Part shown: piece by piece, positions 61,862 through 64,000 of the stretch
Numbering within the stretch: position 1 is the first letter of the stretch
Layout: every line of letters starts with the position of its first letter
Source of the DNA: Ginglymostoma cirratum
Taxonomy: Eukaryota
Assembly (NCBI GenBank): GCA_024137785.1
Contig: JAHRHZ010000289.1
Coordinates: 17,531,550-17,595,549 of the forward strand
Length of the DNA stretch: 64,000 bases
Reading direction: 5' to 3'
The notes under the pieces: generated by a model
The model's input: the letters and a program-made list of their open reading frames with translations, nothing else
The model's database searches: none
Told to the model about the DNA's origin: nothing
Made by a program: the position numbers and the translations under genes

Positions 61862-62903
61862 ATCCAGGTAGCTGTTCAAATCAGGCTGGCAAAGTTGACA
61901 TAGTGTGCAGCTGGGATTTAAATATAGTGCTATGGTGTGAATGCTGTAAAAATCCAGCACTGGTGAGCACTTCACCCCTACTGAGTGTAAGATAGCATGT
62001 GAGTGGCACTGTGGAGGTGTGATGCATACTTAGTAAGGTAAGCAGTTAAAACTGCACAAAAAAAGTTGCTAGGACTCACAGAGGGAAACGATCATGAAAC
62101 TTCCTGAAATTGACACTGAGCCGACTTTTGGGAATATTTAGACCTATGCCTCTCTCTTCATAAAGAATCATATGTCATAACTTTGGAGACTCTCCTGTTG
62201 TGTGCCACCTTCCCCTATAAGAGGCATTTGAACAAGGAACATTTATACAAGGAGAATGAGTTCTACTAAAGTAGGTCAACCGCAATTTTATGTCTATGAA
62301 CTTGTGGATTATAAAGGTACAACAGTATGTTCTCTTCTTGAAAGCCAGTGGTGAACCATAGTATCACAGTCAATCTTCTTTGTTTTACATTTATTTACAG
62401 AATTAAAAAATACAAACATATACATCCTAACTCCATCATACCACATTTTAAATAAGCGTCTGTTTGTACTTGTTCAAATGAAACCACAGTAAATGCTCAT
62501 TGCCTACATATCATGAAATACAATTAATAAATAGTGCTTGGTATCGTACATTTGTTCCATTTATCAGCCAATATGGGAGCAGTATGATATTCCAACATAG
62601 ACAATGAAACAGAGCAAATTAACTGGCTTTACAAGATCAACAGCTGACAAAGTATTGTGTATGGTCCTTCCGTAATGGTTTTTGTTGTTTATAATGACCA
62701 GTAAAATGGTTGGCAAAACAATCCTGTGTAAACACTTGCACATGCTTGTGCACTTAACTGTGGCAACAAAAAGCATTCCTTTCCCATATCCAAGTTCATG
62801 TCAAACCAGGCTGGCAAAGTTGACATATTGTGCAGCTAGGATTTAAATTTAGTGCCATGGTATGAATGCTGTAAAATTCCACACTGGTGAGCATTTCACC
62901 CCT
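61862..62903. repeat. ~115-bp direct repeat pair (61862-61979 and 62788-62903)
   Basis: caggctggcaaagttgacata.tgtgcagct.ggatttaaat.tagtgc.atggt.tgaatgctgtaaaa.tcca.cactggtgagca.ttcacccct in both copies. Confidence 0.9.
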
Positions 62904-63900
62904 TTTATTTACTTTCTATTGATTTTGGAGGTGTCTTTTTCATTTGATGTTAACACTCTAAAGTTTCACCCTCTTTAAATAATATTAATGCAGGGATCAT
63001 CTTGCAACTTTGTGTTTGTGACACAGACTTTGCTTGAACATTCACTATTCAGATTTGGGATTCTGGGAACTCAGCAGTTCACCACCATCTTCTCAAGGCT
63101 AGGTAAGGAAGGCCAATAATGGCTGGCCAGCCACTGACACCTACATTCCACAAGTGGTTTAAAAAAAAAGACTGTGTGATATCAGAATAGCACCAAATCA
63201 GAGCATGCTTGCACCCTTACCCTGACAGAATACAATGTGAATGCACTGTAAATGTTGGCAGCATGGGCATCAGTGGTAAAGCAGCACCAGGCCTTGATAA
63301 CTCTGCTACGCATGATGCTGATGCAAAGAAGCAAGTTCTTCCTCTCTACCTGTAGCCTGACTTCTTCAAACCGGATTTCTGTGGCCTGATTGAAAAGTGA
63401 GGCTACTTTGTAGTCCACTGCACAAATCAACTCACTAGCAAATGCCTTGTTTCATCAATTGTTCAAGTCTTCATAACCTGCCTCTCTAAGTTGCAACAAC
63501 ATGGTATTTGACAGCCTCACAACAGGCAAACTTCTTCTCAGAAGCAGTTTCCACGCCTGTGCCTTGCCTGTGAAACGTATCAAGATCAATTACCTGAAGA
63601 ATAGGTAGGTGCTGTTTCTGCAAAATTTAGCTATTGGCTTGGAATATGCACCAGCAGAATACTGCACCAGTGTTGCCAATTACATTGACATTTTTGAAAC
63701 TTGTGGAAATGATGATTTTAAGATGTGGTTCAGCATAACTCAATATCATCACTGCATTTTATATATAGAATTAATTCTGAATACTATTGTTGAAACTTAT
63801 TTTCAAAATAATTGCTGCACGTCCCCTGGTAGTTCAGTCAGTAGAATCAAGATGTAACTATCAAAATATTTCAGGCACTGTCTCCAGGCTATGTTGAACA
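62550..63900 (-). mobile_element. Possible Mutator-like (MULE) transposase fossil
   Basis: DTFHR/AQAWK across a frameshift at ~63550-63585 (C/DxFHxxQAW-like) and a SWIM-like YVNFASL...WERN..C..KHV at ~62740-62830. Confidence 0.3.
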
Positions 63901-64000
63901 TATTGTAAAGTAGGGTGACTTAAGGGCATTAAAATTAGTCTCAATTTGTCTGGGCATGGAGAAGAATATTTCCTTGGTTTGTGCCTTTAATTGCTATCTA

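Noticed and set aside
1-64000. Other NPY receptor paralogues or recognisable neighbouring genes
   Set aside because: No second GPCR ORF or other recognisable intact exon was found by eye; small exons could have been missed.

Overview
AT-rich, repeat-dense vertebrate genomic DNA. The repeats (HE1-type tRNA SINE, DeuSINE-like pieces, CR1/L2 LINEs, many Penelope-like ends) suggest a cartilaginous fish, probably a shark; this is inference. The only intact protein-coding gene is a neuropeptide Y receptor type 6 (npy6r, 41402-42535, minus strand, single coding exon). It lies in a TE-poor island (~36.9-45.6 kb) with candidate 5'UTR exons, two micro-uORFs next to the start codon, a possibly long 3'UTR and a DR5 element. 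The left end (~130-2528, minus) looks like the decayed first coding exon of a cadherin gene: a signal peptide plus cadherin-repeat motifs, reminiscent of type III/DN-cadherin-like genes, broken by stops, frameshifts and TE insertions. The rest is nested TE debris: Gypsy, CR1, L2, Harbinger (transposase and Myb/SANT partner), a possible MULE, and a Penelope-like family. That family includes three RT and/or GIY-YIG fossils and about ten short 3'-end copies. Several of these carry minimal hammerhead ribozyme cores and sit as TSD-flanked palindromes. Most other listed ORFs are chance or TE-derived. TE boundaries are approximate.
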